DNA of 64,000 nucleotides from Dehalococcoidia bacterium (GTDB lineage Bacteria > Chloroflexota > Dehalococcoidia > Lucifugimonadales > QGNO01), in NCBI GenBank assembly GCA_965220545.1, contig CBDCQF010000009.1:148660-212659 (forward strand), given 5' to 3'. Position 1 is the first letter of the stretch; each line of letters begins with the position of its first letter. A program made the translations under genes and the position numbers. Shown in pieces: positions 7,203 through 16,623 of the stretch. Under the pieces are notes generated by a model. It ran no database searches. It was not told the origin of the DNA and was given only the letters and a program-made list of their open reading frames with translations.

Positions 7203-10200
7203 ATGAGATTCATTACCGGCATAGCGGTCCGCAATCGGACGGTTACAGTCCTTGCCATAATCATCGTTTTGACGTCGGGAATATTTGCCTACAATTCGTT
7301 GCGTGTAGAGCTGTTCCCGGAGATAGAGTTTCCACTGGTAACCATAACCACATCCTACCCGTCCGCGAACCCTGATGCCGTGGTGCGAGACGTTACCGCT
7401 CCCATAGAGCGCGCCATTTCGGGAACGGGGGGACTGGAGTCCGTCCAGTCTACGACCTTCGAGGGCAACTCGCTGGTGCTGGTCACCTTCACCTACGGGA
7501 CGGATATGGCCGCTGCAGCGAATCAGATTGAGGCTGCTGTCAACAATATCTCGTTTGTAGGCGGCGTCGAGGATCCCTCGGTTGGCCGCTTTAATCCAGA
7601 CCAGTTCCCCGTCATACAGTTCAGCGTCATCTCGGACAGGAACCCCGCGGAATTGGTGGGGATCATCCAGTCCAGCATTCTGCCCGCGATTTCAGACATA
7701 GAGGGAGTTCTCCAGGTACGAGTTGCCGGTGAGATAGAGCAACGTGTTCAGATTACCGCGGACCCCGACAGGATGACAGCGAACGGGGTCTCTCTGTTCC
7801 AGATATCGTCCGCTCTGAGGGACAACAACGTCAGCCTGCCCGCGGGCGCCATCTTCGATGGCAGGCAAGCCGTCCTAGCCAAGACGACGCACACCTTCGA
7901 CTCCATCGATGATCTCGAGAGCCTTGTCGTGGGAATGTTCGAGTCGGAACCGGTCCTCCTAGGCGACGTTGCCGATGTGAGACTTGGCGCCGCCGCACCC
8001 AGGAGCATCTCCCGCACCAACGGCAAGCCCAGCGTGGGAGTATCCATTATCAAGGAGGCCGAGGCGAACACAATAGACGTAACGACTGCCGTACAGGATG
8101 CGCTGGACGGGCTTGGCGGGCTGCCGTCCGACTTGGAGATCGTCATTGTTTCCAACCAAGGGCCTAGCATTCAGTCACAGATCGACGCCCTTCTGCGTGA
8201 AGCAATGTTCGGGTTCCTGTTTGCTGTCACCGTTGTATTCGCTTTCATGGTGTCGTTCAGGCCGACTATATTGCGCGGGCTGTTCAACACCCTTCGCCCC
8301 ACCATTGTGATAGCGATGTCGATACCGATGAGCATTTTCACCGGCGTGCTCCTGATGTCGTGGCAGGATTTGTCGCTCAATTTCATGACGCTGGGAGGAC
8401 TCGCAATCTCGGTCGGACGGGTGGTCGATGACGCAATCGTGGTGCTGGAGAACGTATACCGCCACATACAGGCGGGGCGTGAGCGATGGAGGGCTGCTCT
8501 GGAGGCCACCGCTGAGGTAGGTCCGGCGATATTTGCCTCCACCATGACGACCATAGTAGTGTTCGCGCCCCTGGCATTCATCCAGGGTCTGGTTGGCGCG
8601 TTCTTCGCTCCGTTTGCTCTCACGGTTAGCTTCGCCCTCGTTGCGTCTTTGCTGGTCGCGCTAACAGCGGTCCCGGTGCTGGGGGCCTACCTGCTGAGGC
8701 CAGGCGACCTTCCTGACGCCGTTGAGGAAGAGGAAGACGTCTTCCTACAGGAAACGTGGATGCAACGTCTCTATACGCCAATTATCAGATGGACGCTGCG
8801 TCACAAGGCTATAACGGTGGTGTCCGCTCTAGTACTGACCGTTGGAAGCATGGGTATGACCTTGTTCATTCCCGTGACGCTGTTCTCCGGCGGCGGAGAG
8901 CGGTATCTGCAGATTGAGGTGGGGTTGCCACCCGGGACTCCGCCCGACCGAACCCTGGCCGAGGTTATTGAAATAGAGGAGGAGGTCCAAGGCTTCGCGG
9001 AAGTGTACAGCTCCACAATCGGATCTTCGAACCTGTCTCCCGATAGTCAGCCGGGCGGACTCAACCAAGCCAACCTGCTGGTAAACCTGGTCAAGGATGC
9101 GCCTGAAGACATAGATCAGATCCTCAGGGATGATCTAGACAAAGAAGGGCGAACTCTCAGGATACGGGAGGTAGTAGACGGTCCCCCAACCGGCGGTGTG
9201 GAAATCAGCATTACCGGCTCCAACTACGACGACATAACCGGAGTGGCCCGGGAGTTGACGGCTTCGCTCGGCGAGCTGGAAGAGGTAATCAATCTGGAGA
9301 GCGACGTAGCGCAAGCGCGTGACGAGGCCTCCATTCAAGTAGACCCCGGGAAGGCTGCGCGCATCGGCCTGAGCACTAGGCAAGTAGGGCTTCAACTGAG
9401 CCAGTATCTAGTTGGAGAGACCGTCACACGAATAACCATTGGTGGAACGGTCACAGACGTTGTCCTATCCGGGAACCGTAGTTCGGCCAACGGTATAGCG
9501 GCGTTGGAGAACCTCACTATTGCCGGACCGCTCGGCTCGGCTCCACTGGGCGAACTTGCAGAAGTGGTAGTCAGCGAGGGCCCGGTGACCATCAGCCGGA
9601 CAGACGGCATGCGTTCGGCCACCATCACGGGCGACATCGTTGCCGAAGATACGCAGGCGGTTGGCCGCTTGGTAGACGAGAAGATATTGGCGCTCTCGCT
9701 CCCTCCGGGCGTCTCGGTTTCCAGTGGCGGCATATTCGGAGACATAGAAGAGGGATTCCAAGCCATCTTCATCTCTATGGGTGTAGGGATAATTCTTGTG
9801 TACCTGGTAATGGTGGCCAGCCTGGGTTCTCTCAGGAACCCCTTCGTCATCATAACCACGCTGCCGTTCGCGCTCATCGGGGCTCTCGCCGCACTGCTCA
9901 TCACCGGCCGCACGCTTGGCCTGCCTGCCATGATGGGAATCCTGCTCCTAATCGGCATAGTGGTGACCAACGCCATAGTGCTGATAGCTTTCGTAGAGCA
10001 GCTGCGGGAGAAGGGAATGGGGGTTTATGACGCGCTGATCAACGGTGGAAGGGTCCGGTTGCGCCCGATTCTGATGACGGCCCTAACGACGAGCTTCGCG
10101 CTGCTACCCCTGGCTGCTGCTTCCTCCGAAGGCGGAATCATCAGCGCCGAACTGGCGACGGTGGTGATAGGCGGTCTGATGAGCTCCACCGGTCTTACCC

Positions 10201-10304
10201 TAATCGTGGTGCCGGTGGTATACAGCATATTCAACGAAAGCATTCCGCAGAAGTTTCAGCGAATGGTTGCCGTCTTGAGCCGAAAGCCGGTGGCCACAAC
10301 CTAA
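7203..10304 (+). CDS. RND-family efflux transporter permease (AcrB/HAE-type)
   Basis: 1033 aa with the typical 12-TM, two-large-loop layout. N-terminal FI...AVRNRTV...L and conserved SIGRVVDDAIVVLENV, plus a second-half repeat with a VGIVVTNAIVL-type motif. No MFP or OMF gene is adjacent. Confidence 0.9.
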   Translation: MRFITGIAVRNRTVTVLAIIIVLTSGIFAYNSLRVELFPEIEFPLVTITTSYPSANPDAVVRDVTAPIERAISGTGGLESVQSTTFEGNSLVLVTFTYGTDMAAAANQIEAAVNNISFVGGVEDPSVGRFNPDQFPVIQFSVISDRNPAELVGIIQSSILPAISDIEGVLQVRVAGEIEQRVQITADPDRMTANGVSLFQISSALRDNNVSLPAGAIFDGRQAVLAKTTHTFDSIDDLESLVVGMFESEPVLLGDVADVRLGAAAPRSISRTNGKPSVGVSIIKEAEANTIDVTTAVQDALDGLGGLPSDLEIVIVSNQGPSIQSQIDALLREAMFGFLFAVTVVFAFMVSFRPTILRGLFNTLRPTIVIAMSIPMSIFTGVLLMSWQDLSLNFMTLGGLAISVGRVVDDAIVVLENVYRHIQAGRERWRAALEATAEVGPAIFASTMTTIVVFAPLAFIQGLVGAFFAPFALTVSFALVASLLVALTAVPVLGAYLLRPGDLPDAVEEEEDVFLQETWMQRLYTPIIRWTLRHKAITVVSALVLTVGSMGMTLFIPVTLFSGGGERYLQIEVGLPPGTPPDRTLAEVIEIEEEVQGFAEVYSSTIGSSNLSPDSQPGGLNQANLLVNLVKDAPEDIDQILRDDLDKEGRTLRIREVVDGPPTGGVEISITGSNYDDITGVARELTASLGELEEVINLESDVAQARDEASIQVDPGKAARIGLSTRQVGLQLSQYLVGETVTRITIGGTVTDVVLSGNRSSANGIAALENLTIAGPLGSAPLGELAEVVVSEGPVTISRTDGMRSATITGDIVAEDTQAVGRLVDEKILALSLPPGVSVSSGGIFGDIEEGFQAIFISMGVGIILVYLVMVASLGSLRNPFVIITTLPFALIGALAALLITGRTLGLPAMMGILLLIGIVVTNAIVLIAFVEQLREKGMGVYDALINGGRVRLRPILMTALTTSFALLPLAAASSEGGIISAELATVVIGGLMSSTGLTLIVVPVVYSIFNESIPQKFQRMVAVLSRKPVATT

Positions 10305-10595
10305 AGGGACTGGAGAATGCCGCCGTCGCAAGGAGCGCAAGATACGGTTCTTAAATTGCGCCCTATTTACTCGTCTAGTAAAATCCATGCAGGGTTTGGT
10401 CGGACTTCTCTCCCTCCAAGGCCAATGCAAAGGCGCTAGATTGGTGAGACCAATTGTGGGATGGGAAGTCGAAATGTCCCCATGTCAGCAGCTAAGGGAA
10501 CAGTAGTGCACATGACACCCTCCACCATTGAACCGAATGACCAGACCGCCGATGTACCTTTCCGGCGCAGTAAATCCCCAAGCTGCTAGGTAATA

Positions 10596-11708
10596 ATGAA
10601 TATAGACGAACTCAAGTACTGGGTGGCGTTCAGGCGTGTCCCGTCCATAGGAAGGGCCAGGTTTCTGAAGCTTCTATCCCACTTCGGCTCCATGAGAGAG
10701 GCCTGGCACGCCTCCAGCGACGCGCTGAGCAAGGCGGGCCTAGAGTCCAAGTCTGTCAGAGCGATATCCACCGTGCGCTCAAAAATCGACCCGTACACCG
10801 AAATCGAGCGCCTGCAGGATTCGGGGGTAGCCGCTTATACCTGGGAAGATGAGGAATACCCCGCTCTGCTCAAGGAGATATACGATCTCCCTCCGGTCCT
10901 ATTTGTGAAGGGCAAGCTGCTGGCTGAGGACCAGCGAGGGGTGGCCGTGGTAGGCACAAGGCGGGCCACCGCTTACGGCAGAGAAGTGACTAGCAGATTG
11001 ACCAGCGATCTGGCGACCTCCGGCGTGACCGTGGTAAGCGGCCTGGCGCGCGGCATCGACGCGATCGCTCACAAGACCGCGTTGGATGCGGGCGGACGCA
11101 CCATAGCCGTACTGGCGAATGGCCTAGACAGCATCTATCCACCGGAACACAAGGCTCTGGCATCGCAGATTGCAGAGAACGGCGCCCTGGTGAGCGAGCA
11201 TTCACTGGGTACACGCCCGGAGTCCAGCCACTTCCCCAGGCGAAACAGGATAATGAGCGGGATGACGCTGGGCACCCTGGTTGTGGAAGCGCCCGCTTCC
11301 AGCGGCGCTATATGGACGGTAAGACACGCCTTGGAACAGAACCGGGAGGTGTTTTGCGTCCCGGGCAGCATTTTCTCGCCGGCCAGCCTTGGCACAAACC
11401 TTCTGATACAGGAAGGCGCCAAGCTGGTACTTGACTATAGGGATATCTTAGAAGAGTTGAACATTGCGGGAATCAACGAGCAGATTCCCATGCCAGCCTT
11501 AGTGGGTCCCGCGGATGAAACCGAGAAGACGTTGCTCAAGCACATCACTTATGACCCGGTGCACATAGACGAGGTAGGCAGACAAACAGGGTTGCCTATA
11601 ACTACGGTGAGCAGTACTCTAGCTATGATGGAGCTCAGGGGCTTGGTGAAACAGCTGGGCGGAATGAACTACATTAGAACAAGGGAAGCAGCGGCGCCGT
11701 ACGGATAG
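10596..11708 (+). CDS. dprA: DNA-processing protein DprA (Smf)
   Basis: 370 aa. Contains VAVVGTRRATAYG, GLARGIDAIAH..AL and FPRRNRI.SG...G.LVVEA...SG motifs, plus a C-terminal winged-helix region. Confidence 0.85.
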   Translation: MNIDELKYWVAFRRVPSIGRARFLKLLSHFGSMREAWHASSDALSKAGLESKSVRAISTVRSKIDPYTEIERLQDSGVAAYTWEDEEYPALLKEIYDLPPVLFVKGKLLAEDQRGVAVVGTRRATAYGREVTSRLTSDLATSGVTVVSGLARGIDAIAHKTALDAGGRTIAVLANGLDSIYPPEHKALASQIAENGALVSEHSLGTRPESSHFPRRNRIMSGMTLGTLVVEAPASSGAIWTVRHALEQNREVFCVPGSIFSPASLGTNLLIQEGAKLVLDYRDILEELNIAGINEQIPMPALVGPADETEKTLLKHITYDPVHIDEVGRQTGLPITTVSSTLAMMELRGLVKQLGGMNYIRTREAAAPYG

Positions 11709-11721
11709 GCGCGCATATAGC

Positions 11722-14028
11722 ATGGCAAAGAACCTGGTAATAGTAGAATCGCCGGCCAAAGCAAGAACGGTTGGCCGTTTTCTGGGTCGCGACTACGAAG
11801 TCAAGGCTTCGCTGGGCCACGTTCGAGACCTTCCGAGCGACGACCTGGGCGTGGCCGTGGACAACGGCTTCACGCCCAAGTACGTTGTTCCGAAAGAGAA
11901 GAACAAGGTCATAGCAGACCTGAAGAAGTCGTCCAAAAACGCCGAAACGATATATCTGGCAACCGACCCGGACCGCGAGGGTGAGGCTATCTCCTGGCAC
12001 CTGGTGAATGCCGCGGGATGGCAGAAGCGACCCGTGCAGAGAGTCGTTTTCCACCAGATTACCGAGGATGCCATAAACGAAGCGTTCCAAGACACGCGTG
12101 AGATAGACATGCGCCTGGTAAACGCCCAGCAAGCCCGTCGCGTATTGGACCGGTTGGTGGGATACCAGCTCAGTCCCCTTCTCTGGCGCAAGATACAGCG
12201 CGGCCTTTCCGCGGGACGCGTGCAGTCGGTGGCTCTGAAGCTTGTGGTGGACAGGGAACGGGAGATAGAGGCTTTCGTTTCCAAAGAGTACTGGACCATC
12301 GACGCGATTCTCAAAAAGCAAGACGGCGGCAGTGCCGGCAAGACGTCTAAATTCAACGCCAGGCTGCAGGGAGTGAAGGGCCAGCGAAAGGGAATCGAGA
12401 TCGGTTCCGAGGCAACGGCAAACACAGTCACAACCGCCCTATCTAACGCTTCCTATCTGGTCGCGGACGTGCAGAAGAAAGAGGTGCGCACGCGCCCTGC
12501 CCCACCCTTCATCACCAGCACGCTCCAGCAAGAGGCCTCCCGCAAGCTCAGATTCTCCGCCAAGAGAACCATGGCTCTAGCCCAGCAACTGTATGAGGGG
12601 CTTTCCGTAGGCTCAGAAGGCTCGGTGGGACTGATTACATATATGCGTACGGACTCGGTGCACGTGGCTCCCGTCGCCCTGCGAGAAACCGTAGCGTATA
12701 TCCGCGAGCACTACGGCAATAAATATCTTCCCAGAACTCCCAGGGTCTTTACCAGAAAGGCCAAGGGCGCTCAAGAGGCGCACGAGGCCATAAGGCCTAC
12801 AGCCATAAGGCGCTCGCCGGCAGTGGTGAAGCCTCACCTGTCTTCCGACCAGTTCAAGCTGTACGAGCTAATATGGAAGCGGATGCTGGCGAGCCAGATG
12901 GCGGACGCCCTCTCCGATTCCACCCGGATTGATATCGACGCTCGCGGGCCGAACACGGAGGGGCAGACCTACGTATTTCGTGCCACCGGCTCCGTGATGA
13001 AGTTCCCCGGCTTTCGATCGCTGTACCTGGAAGACCGCGATGATCCCGCAGAAGACGACGACAATCAACGACTGCTTCCGGAATTGCGCAACGGAGAGGG
13101 ACTGGATTGCCTTGACCTGGCATCGGAACAACACTTCACCCAGCCGCCTCCGCGGTATAACGAAGCTTCCTTGATTCGCAAACTTGAGGAGGAGGGAATA
13201 GGACGTCCCAGCACCTACGCTCCAATTCTCTCCATAATCATAGATCGCAACTATGCCACCAAGGAACAGAACCGTTTCAAGCCCACGCAGCTTGGCAAAG
13301 TGGTCAGCGATCAGCTTGCGAACCACTTCCCCTCCATCATGGACGTGGGGTTTACCGCAGGAATGGAGCAGAACCTGGACGATATAGCACGAGGGGAAAA
13401 GGAGTGGGTGCCCGTATTGCGGGACTTCTACAGCCCGTTCCAAGAAGCTCTGACTTCAGCGGCGGAAGAGATGCCAAGGGTGCGAGTGGAAGAACCTTCA
13501 GAGGAGACGTGCGACCTCTGTGAGAAGCCCATGGTGATCAAGACCGGCAGATTCGGAAGATTCCTGGCCTGCACCGGCTTCCCCGAATGTAAGGGCAGAA
13601 AGCCTCTGAGACAGGGAGCTTCGACTTCAGCGGCTGAAGAGACGCCAAAGGTACAAGTGGCAGAGCCCTCTGACGAGACGTGCGACATCTGTGAGAAGCC
13701 CATGGTGATCAAGACCGGCAGATACGGGAGATTCCTTGCCTGCACAGGTTTCCCTAAATGCAAGGGCAAGAAGCCCTTGAGTTTGGGCGTAAAGTGCTCC
13801 AACTGCGACACGGGAGAACTGGTTGAAAGGAGAGGCCGCGGGCGTACATTCTACGGATGCACCAACTATCCTGAGTGCACGTTCACGTTGAGCCGGCGTC
13901 CCCTCCCGGAAAGCTGTCCTGAATGCAACGGCATCCTGGTATCAAGCGGACGTAACGGGGCGCGCTGCTCTTCCTGCAGCTATCGCGGCCCGGTACCGGA
14001 GAGAGAACTAGTGGAGGCTGGCGTATAG
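11722..14028 (+). CDS. topA: DNA topoisomerase I with four C-terminal zinc ribbons
   Basis: 768 aa. TOPRIM N-terminus LVIVESPAKA, ATDPDREGEAISWH, active-site region ITYMRTDS, and C-terminal CxxC...CxxxxxC ribbons. Confidence 0.95.
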   Translation: MAKNLVIVESPAKARTVGRFLGRDYEVKASLGHVRDLPSDDLGVAVDNGFTPKYVVPKEKNKVIADLKKSSKNAETIYLATDPDREGEAISWHLVNAAGWQKRPVQRVVFHQITEDAINEAFQDTREIDMRLVNAQQARRVLDRLVGYQLSPLLWRKIQRGLSAGRVQSVALKLVVDREREIEAFVSKEYWTIDAILKKQDGGSAGKTSKFNARLQGVKGQRKGIEIGSEATANTVTTALSNASYLVADVQKKEVRTRPAPPFITSTLQQEASRKLRFSAKRTMALAQQLYEGLSVGSEGSVGLITYMRTDSVHVAPVALRETVAYIREHYGNKYLPRTPRVFTRKAKGAQEAHEAIRPTAIRRSPAVVKPHLSSDQFKLYELIWKRMLASQMADALSDSTRIDIDARGPNTEGQTYVFRATGSVMKFPGFRSLYLEDRDDPAEDDDNQRLLPELRNGEGLDCLDLASEQHFTQPPPRYNEASLIRKLEEEGIGRPSTYAPILSIIIDRNYATKEQNRFKPTQLGKVVSDQLANHFPSIMDVGFTAGMEQNLDDIARGEKEWVPVLRDFYSPFQEALTSAAEEMPRVRVEEPSEETCDLCEKPMVIKTGRFGRFLACTGFPECKGRKPLRQGASTSAAEETPKVQVAEPSDETCDICEKPMVIKTGRYGRFLACTGFPKCKGKKPLSLGVKCSNCDTGELVERRGRGRTFYGCTNYPECTFTLSRRPLPESCPECNGILVSSGRNGARCSSCSYRGPVPERELVEAGV
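13453..13794 (+). repeat. Tandem 171-nt (57-aa) duplication inside topA encoding two near-identical zinc ribbons
   Basis: Copy 1 (13453-13623) encodes TSAAEEMPRVRVEEPSEETCDLCEKPMVIKTGRFGRFLACTGFPECKGRKPL. Copy 2 (13624-13794) encodes TSAAEETPKVQVAEPSDETCDICEKPMVIKTGRYGRFLACTGFPKCKGKKPL. Long runs of identical nucleotides are shared. Confidence 0.85.
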
Positions 14029-14030
14029 CA

Positions 14031-15062
14031 GTGGACCAGGTCTTGGAAGAGTACAGAAACCATCTGCAGGGGGAGAGGAACCTTTCTCCGGCCACGGTGC
14101 GCAACTACGTAGACGACCTGAGTCCGTTCTTCGAGTTCCTCAAGAATGAAGGCATGGGAGAGGAAGACCCTCTGAAAGGCCTGCGCGGATTCCTGCTGCG
14201 CAAAGGCGAAGATGCGGTCAACCAGGAGTACAGGCGTTTCATGCTCAGCTACGTGGCATGGCTGATGAACACACGCTACACGAACCTGGGCAAGGCCAAC
14301 CAGGTACAAGGCCATGCCAGAATGAGCACGGTCAGAAACCTGGCAAGCATCCGCTCCTTCTTCCGATTCCTGATTTCACGTGGGCTTATGCCTTCAGCGC
14401 CGATATGGAACAGGGGCTCGGCGGGTATGCGGGGACTGATTCCCAAGATGCCCAAACGCTTGCCTCAAGTCCTATACCGGCAAGAGGCGGACTCCCTGAT
14501 CGAACAGCCCAGGGTCTCATCCAAAGAGGGGCGAGCCAAACCTCTCTTGCTCAGGGATGCCGCCCTCCTAGAACTGTTATATGGCTCCGGTCTGCGTCTT
14601 TCAGAGGTTGCCGGGCTCAACCTGTCGGACATAGACGTGAGGAACCGCACGGTACGCGTGGTTGGCAAGGGCAACAAGGAACGCATGGTTCCTTTAAGCC
14701 GTCCTTCCATTGAGGCCTTGAACAACTATGCAGCGCAGGGCCGGCCCAATCTGATAGCCGACACAAGAAGCCAAGCGCTGTTCCTCAACCGTTTCGGCGG
14801 CAGATTGTCGCATCGGAGCGTACAGACTCTGGTGCAGAGATACGCCTTGAGGGCCGGACTCAGCAGCGATATTCATACCCACACATTGCGTCACTCATTT
14901 GCTACCCATTTGCTGGATGGGGGCGCAGACCTGCGGGTGGTGCAGGAGCTGTTGGGGCACGCCTCGCCCGCCACGACTCAAGTGTACACGCACGTCAGCC
15001 CGGCCCAGGCGCGGAAAGCCTACCTTGCGGCCCATCCCAGAGCCGGCACCCCGGAGAGCTAG
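14031..15062 (+). CDS. xerC: Site-specific tyrosine recombinase XerC/XerD family
   Basis: 343 aa. N-terminal SAM-like domain (LSPATVRNYVDDL). Catalytic residues lie in LLYGSGLRLSE, HTLRHSFATHLL and GHAS..TTQVYTH. Sits in dprA-topA-xer synteny. Confidence 0.85.
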   Translation: MDQVLEEYRNHLQGERNLSPATVRNYVDDLSPFFEFLKNEGMGEEDPLKGLRGFLLRKGEDAVNQEYRRFMLSYVAWLMNTRYTNLGKANQVQGHARMSTVRNLASIRSFFRFLISRGLMPSAPIWNRGSAGMRGLIPKMPKRLPQVLYRQEADSLIEQPRVSSKEGRAKPLLLRDAALLELLYGSGLRLSEVAGLNLSDIDVRNRTVRVVGKGNKERMVPLSRPSIEALNNYAAQGRPNLIADTRSQALFLNRFGGRLSHRSVQTLVQRYALRAGLSSDIHTHTLRHSFATHLLDGGADLRVVQELLGHASPATTQVYTHVSPAQARKAYLAAHPRAGTPES

Positions 15063-15063
15063 A

Positions 15064-15501
15064 GTGACCTATCTGATCATCAACGGGCCCAATTTGAACA
15101 ACCTGGGCAGGCGTGATACGTCTATCTACGGTTCCATGACGCTGAGGCAGATAGAGGAAGAGATCGAGAAACGAGCCGCAGAGCTGGGACAGGAAGTCCT
15201 TTTCTTCCAGTCCAACCATGAAGGAGCTCTGATAGACTACCTGCAGGAGCACGGGCCTTCATCCGATGGAGTCGTCATCAATCCTGGAGCGCTCACGCAC
15301 TACAGCTACGCTCTGAGAGATGCCTTGGAAGACTTAGGCCTACCAGTAGTGGAAGTGCACATATCGGACATACATTCACGGGAGCCGTTCAGAAGACACT
15401 CCGTAATCAAGGACATTGCAAGAAAACAGATATCCGGCAATGGCTGGAAAGGTTACCTGGAGGCGTTGGAGTTCCTGGTGGGAGATGGGCCTTCCCGTTA
15501 G
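15064..15501 (+). CDS. aroQ: Type II 3-dehydroquinate dehydratase
   Basis: Contains LIINGPNLNNLGRRDTSIYG, FFQSNHEGALID, VINPGALTHYS and EVHISDIHSREPFR motifs. The track ORF starts at 14899 inside xerC. I prefer the in-frame GTG at 15064, 1 nt after the xerC stop. Confidence 0.85.
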   Translation: MTYLIINGPNLNNLGRRDTSIYGSMTLRQIEEEIEKRAAELGQEVLFFQSNHEGALIDYLQEHGPSSDGVVINPGALTHYSYALRDALEDLGLPVVEVHISDIHSREPFRRHSVIKDIARKQISGNGWKGYLEALEFLVGDGPSR

Positions 15502-15525
15502 CAAACTAGGTTTGGAGAAAAAGTC

Positions 15526-16614
15526 ATGTCTCAACGTCTGAGCAATGTTCGCGATGCGATGAAGGAAAGAAGGCTGGACGGCCTTCTGATATCAGCCCCT
15601 GATAACCGGCGCTACCTCTCAGGATTTGTAGGGACGGCGGGGTATCTGATAATTACGCAGAGCGATGCCGTACTGGCAACCGACTTTCGCTACATTGAAC
15701 AGGCAGGAAGTCAAGCTCCTGATTTCCGAATAGTGAGGGTGTCCGGCCCCAACCTGGACTGGTTCAGCCAAACCCTGGCGGAGACTGGAGTCTCCAAGCT
15801 GGGTTTTGAGAGCGACCATCTGACCGTTGCAAGCCACCGCAGGCTCAGTCAGAAGCTCAGGGAACATAACTCCCAAGCCGCTGCCAGGGTAAACCTGGTG
15901 GCTACCGCCGGCATCACAGAGCAGATACGGGCTACGAAAGAGTCGGCGGAGATAGAGTCCCTGCAGAAGGCTATCAACATATCGGACGGTGCAATGGACG
16001 CCGTTACACCCGTTATTCAGCCAGGGCAGACGGAGCAGGAGGTGGCCTGGCGTCTGGAAGTGGCCATGCGCGAGCTGGGAGCAGAAGCCCTGGCCTTCGA
16101 CATCATTGTAGGCTCCGGACCAAACGCCGCACTGCCCCACCACCGCGCCGGGGAACGGGTACTGGAGGAATGTGAACCCATAGTTATAGACATGGGGGCA
16201 AAGTACGACGGCTACTGCAGCGACCTGACCCGCACCATCATCCTGGGGGAGCCGGATGAAACGTTCATCAAGGTGTACGACACAGTTCTCGCGGCACAGC
16301 AGACAGCGATGGTCACGGTTCAACCGGGCATGACCGGCGGCGAGGCCGACAACCTGGCTAGGAAGGTCATAGAGGACGCCGGCTACGGAGAGGAGTTCGG
16401 GCATAGCTTGGGCCACGGTGTGGGACTGGCTGTCCATGAACGGCCGGTGGCCGGACCCGGCGCTGAAGGAAAGCTGGAAGAAGGCATGGCCTTTACAATA
16501 GAGCCCGGCATCTACATATCGGGCTGGGGAGGCGTGCGAATCGAGGACATTGTGCTCATGGAGAAAGATGGAGCCAAACAGCTGAGCAATGCAAAGAAAC
16601 TACGTGCGGGTTAG
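15526..16614 (+). CDS. M24-family Xaa-Pro aminopeptidase/dipeptidase (paralog 1)
   Basis: 362 aa. Creatinase-like N-domain plus pita-bread fold with metal ligands in IDMGAKYDGYCSDLTRT, HSLGHGVGL.VHE and TIEPGIY...GGVRIED. Confidence 0.85.
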   Translation: MSQRLSNVRDAMKERRLDGLLISAPDNRRYLSGFVGTAGYLIITQSDAVLATDFRYIEQAGSQAPDFRIVRVSGPNLDWFSQTLAETGVSKLGFESDHLTVASHRRLSQKLREHNSQAAARVNLVATAGITEQIRATKESAEIESLQKAINISDGAMDAVTPVIQPGQTEQEVAWRLEVAMRELGAEALAFDIIVGSGPNAALPHHRAGERVLEECEPIVIDMGAKYDGYCSDLTRTIILGEPDETFIKVYDTVLAAQQTAMVTVQPGMTGGEADNLARKVIEDAGYGEEFGHSLGHGVGLAVHERPVAGPGAEGKLEEGMAFTIEPGIYISGWGGVRIEDIVLMEKDGAKQLSNAKKLRAG

Positions 16615-16623
16615 GAGCCAACG

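Noticed and set aside
10305-10595. 290-nt intergenic region between the RND gene and dprA, examined for an ncRNA or small ORF
   Set aside because: It contains only a 6-bp hairpin (ATTGGT-gag-ACCAAT) and tiny ORFs without an RBS. Nothing is supportable without comparative data.
14899-15063. Upstream extension of aroQ into xerC, and similar extensions of brnA (54965-55090), subunit IV (57262-57414), xdhC (31158-31250) and tig (24506-24571)
   Set aside because: The extensions overlap neighbouring genes or add non-conserved residues. Internal starts coincide with the beginning of family-conserved sequence and, in most cases, an SD-like motif.
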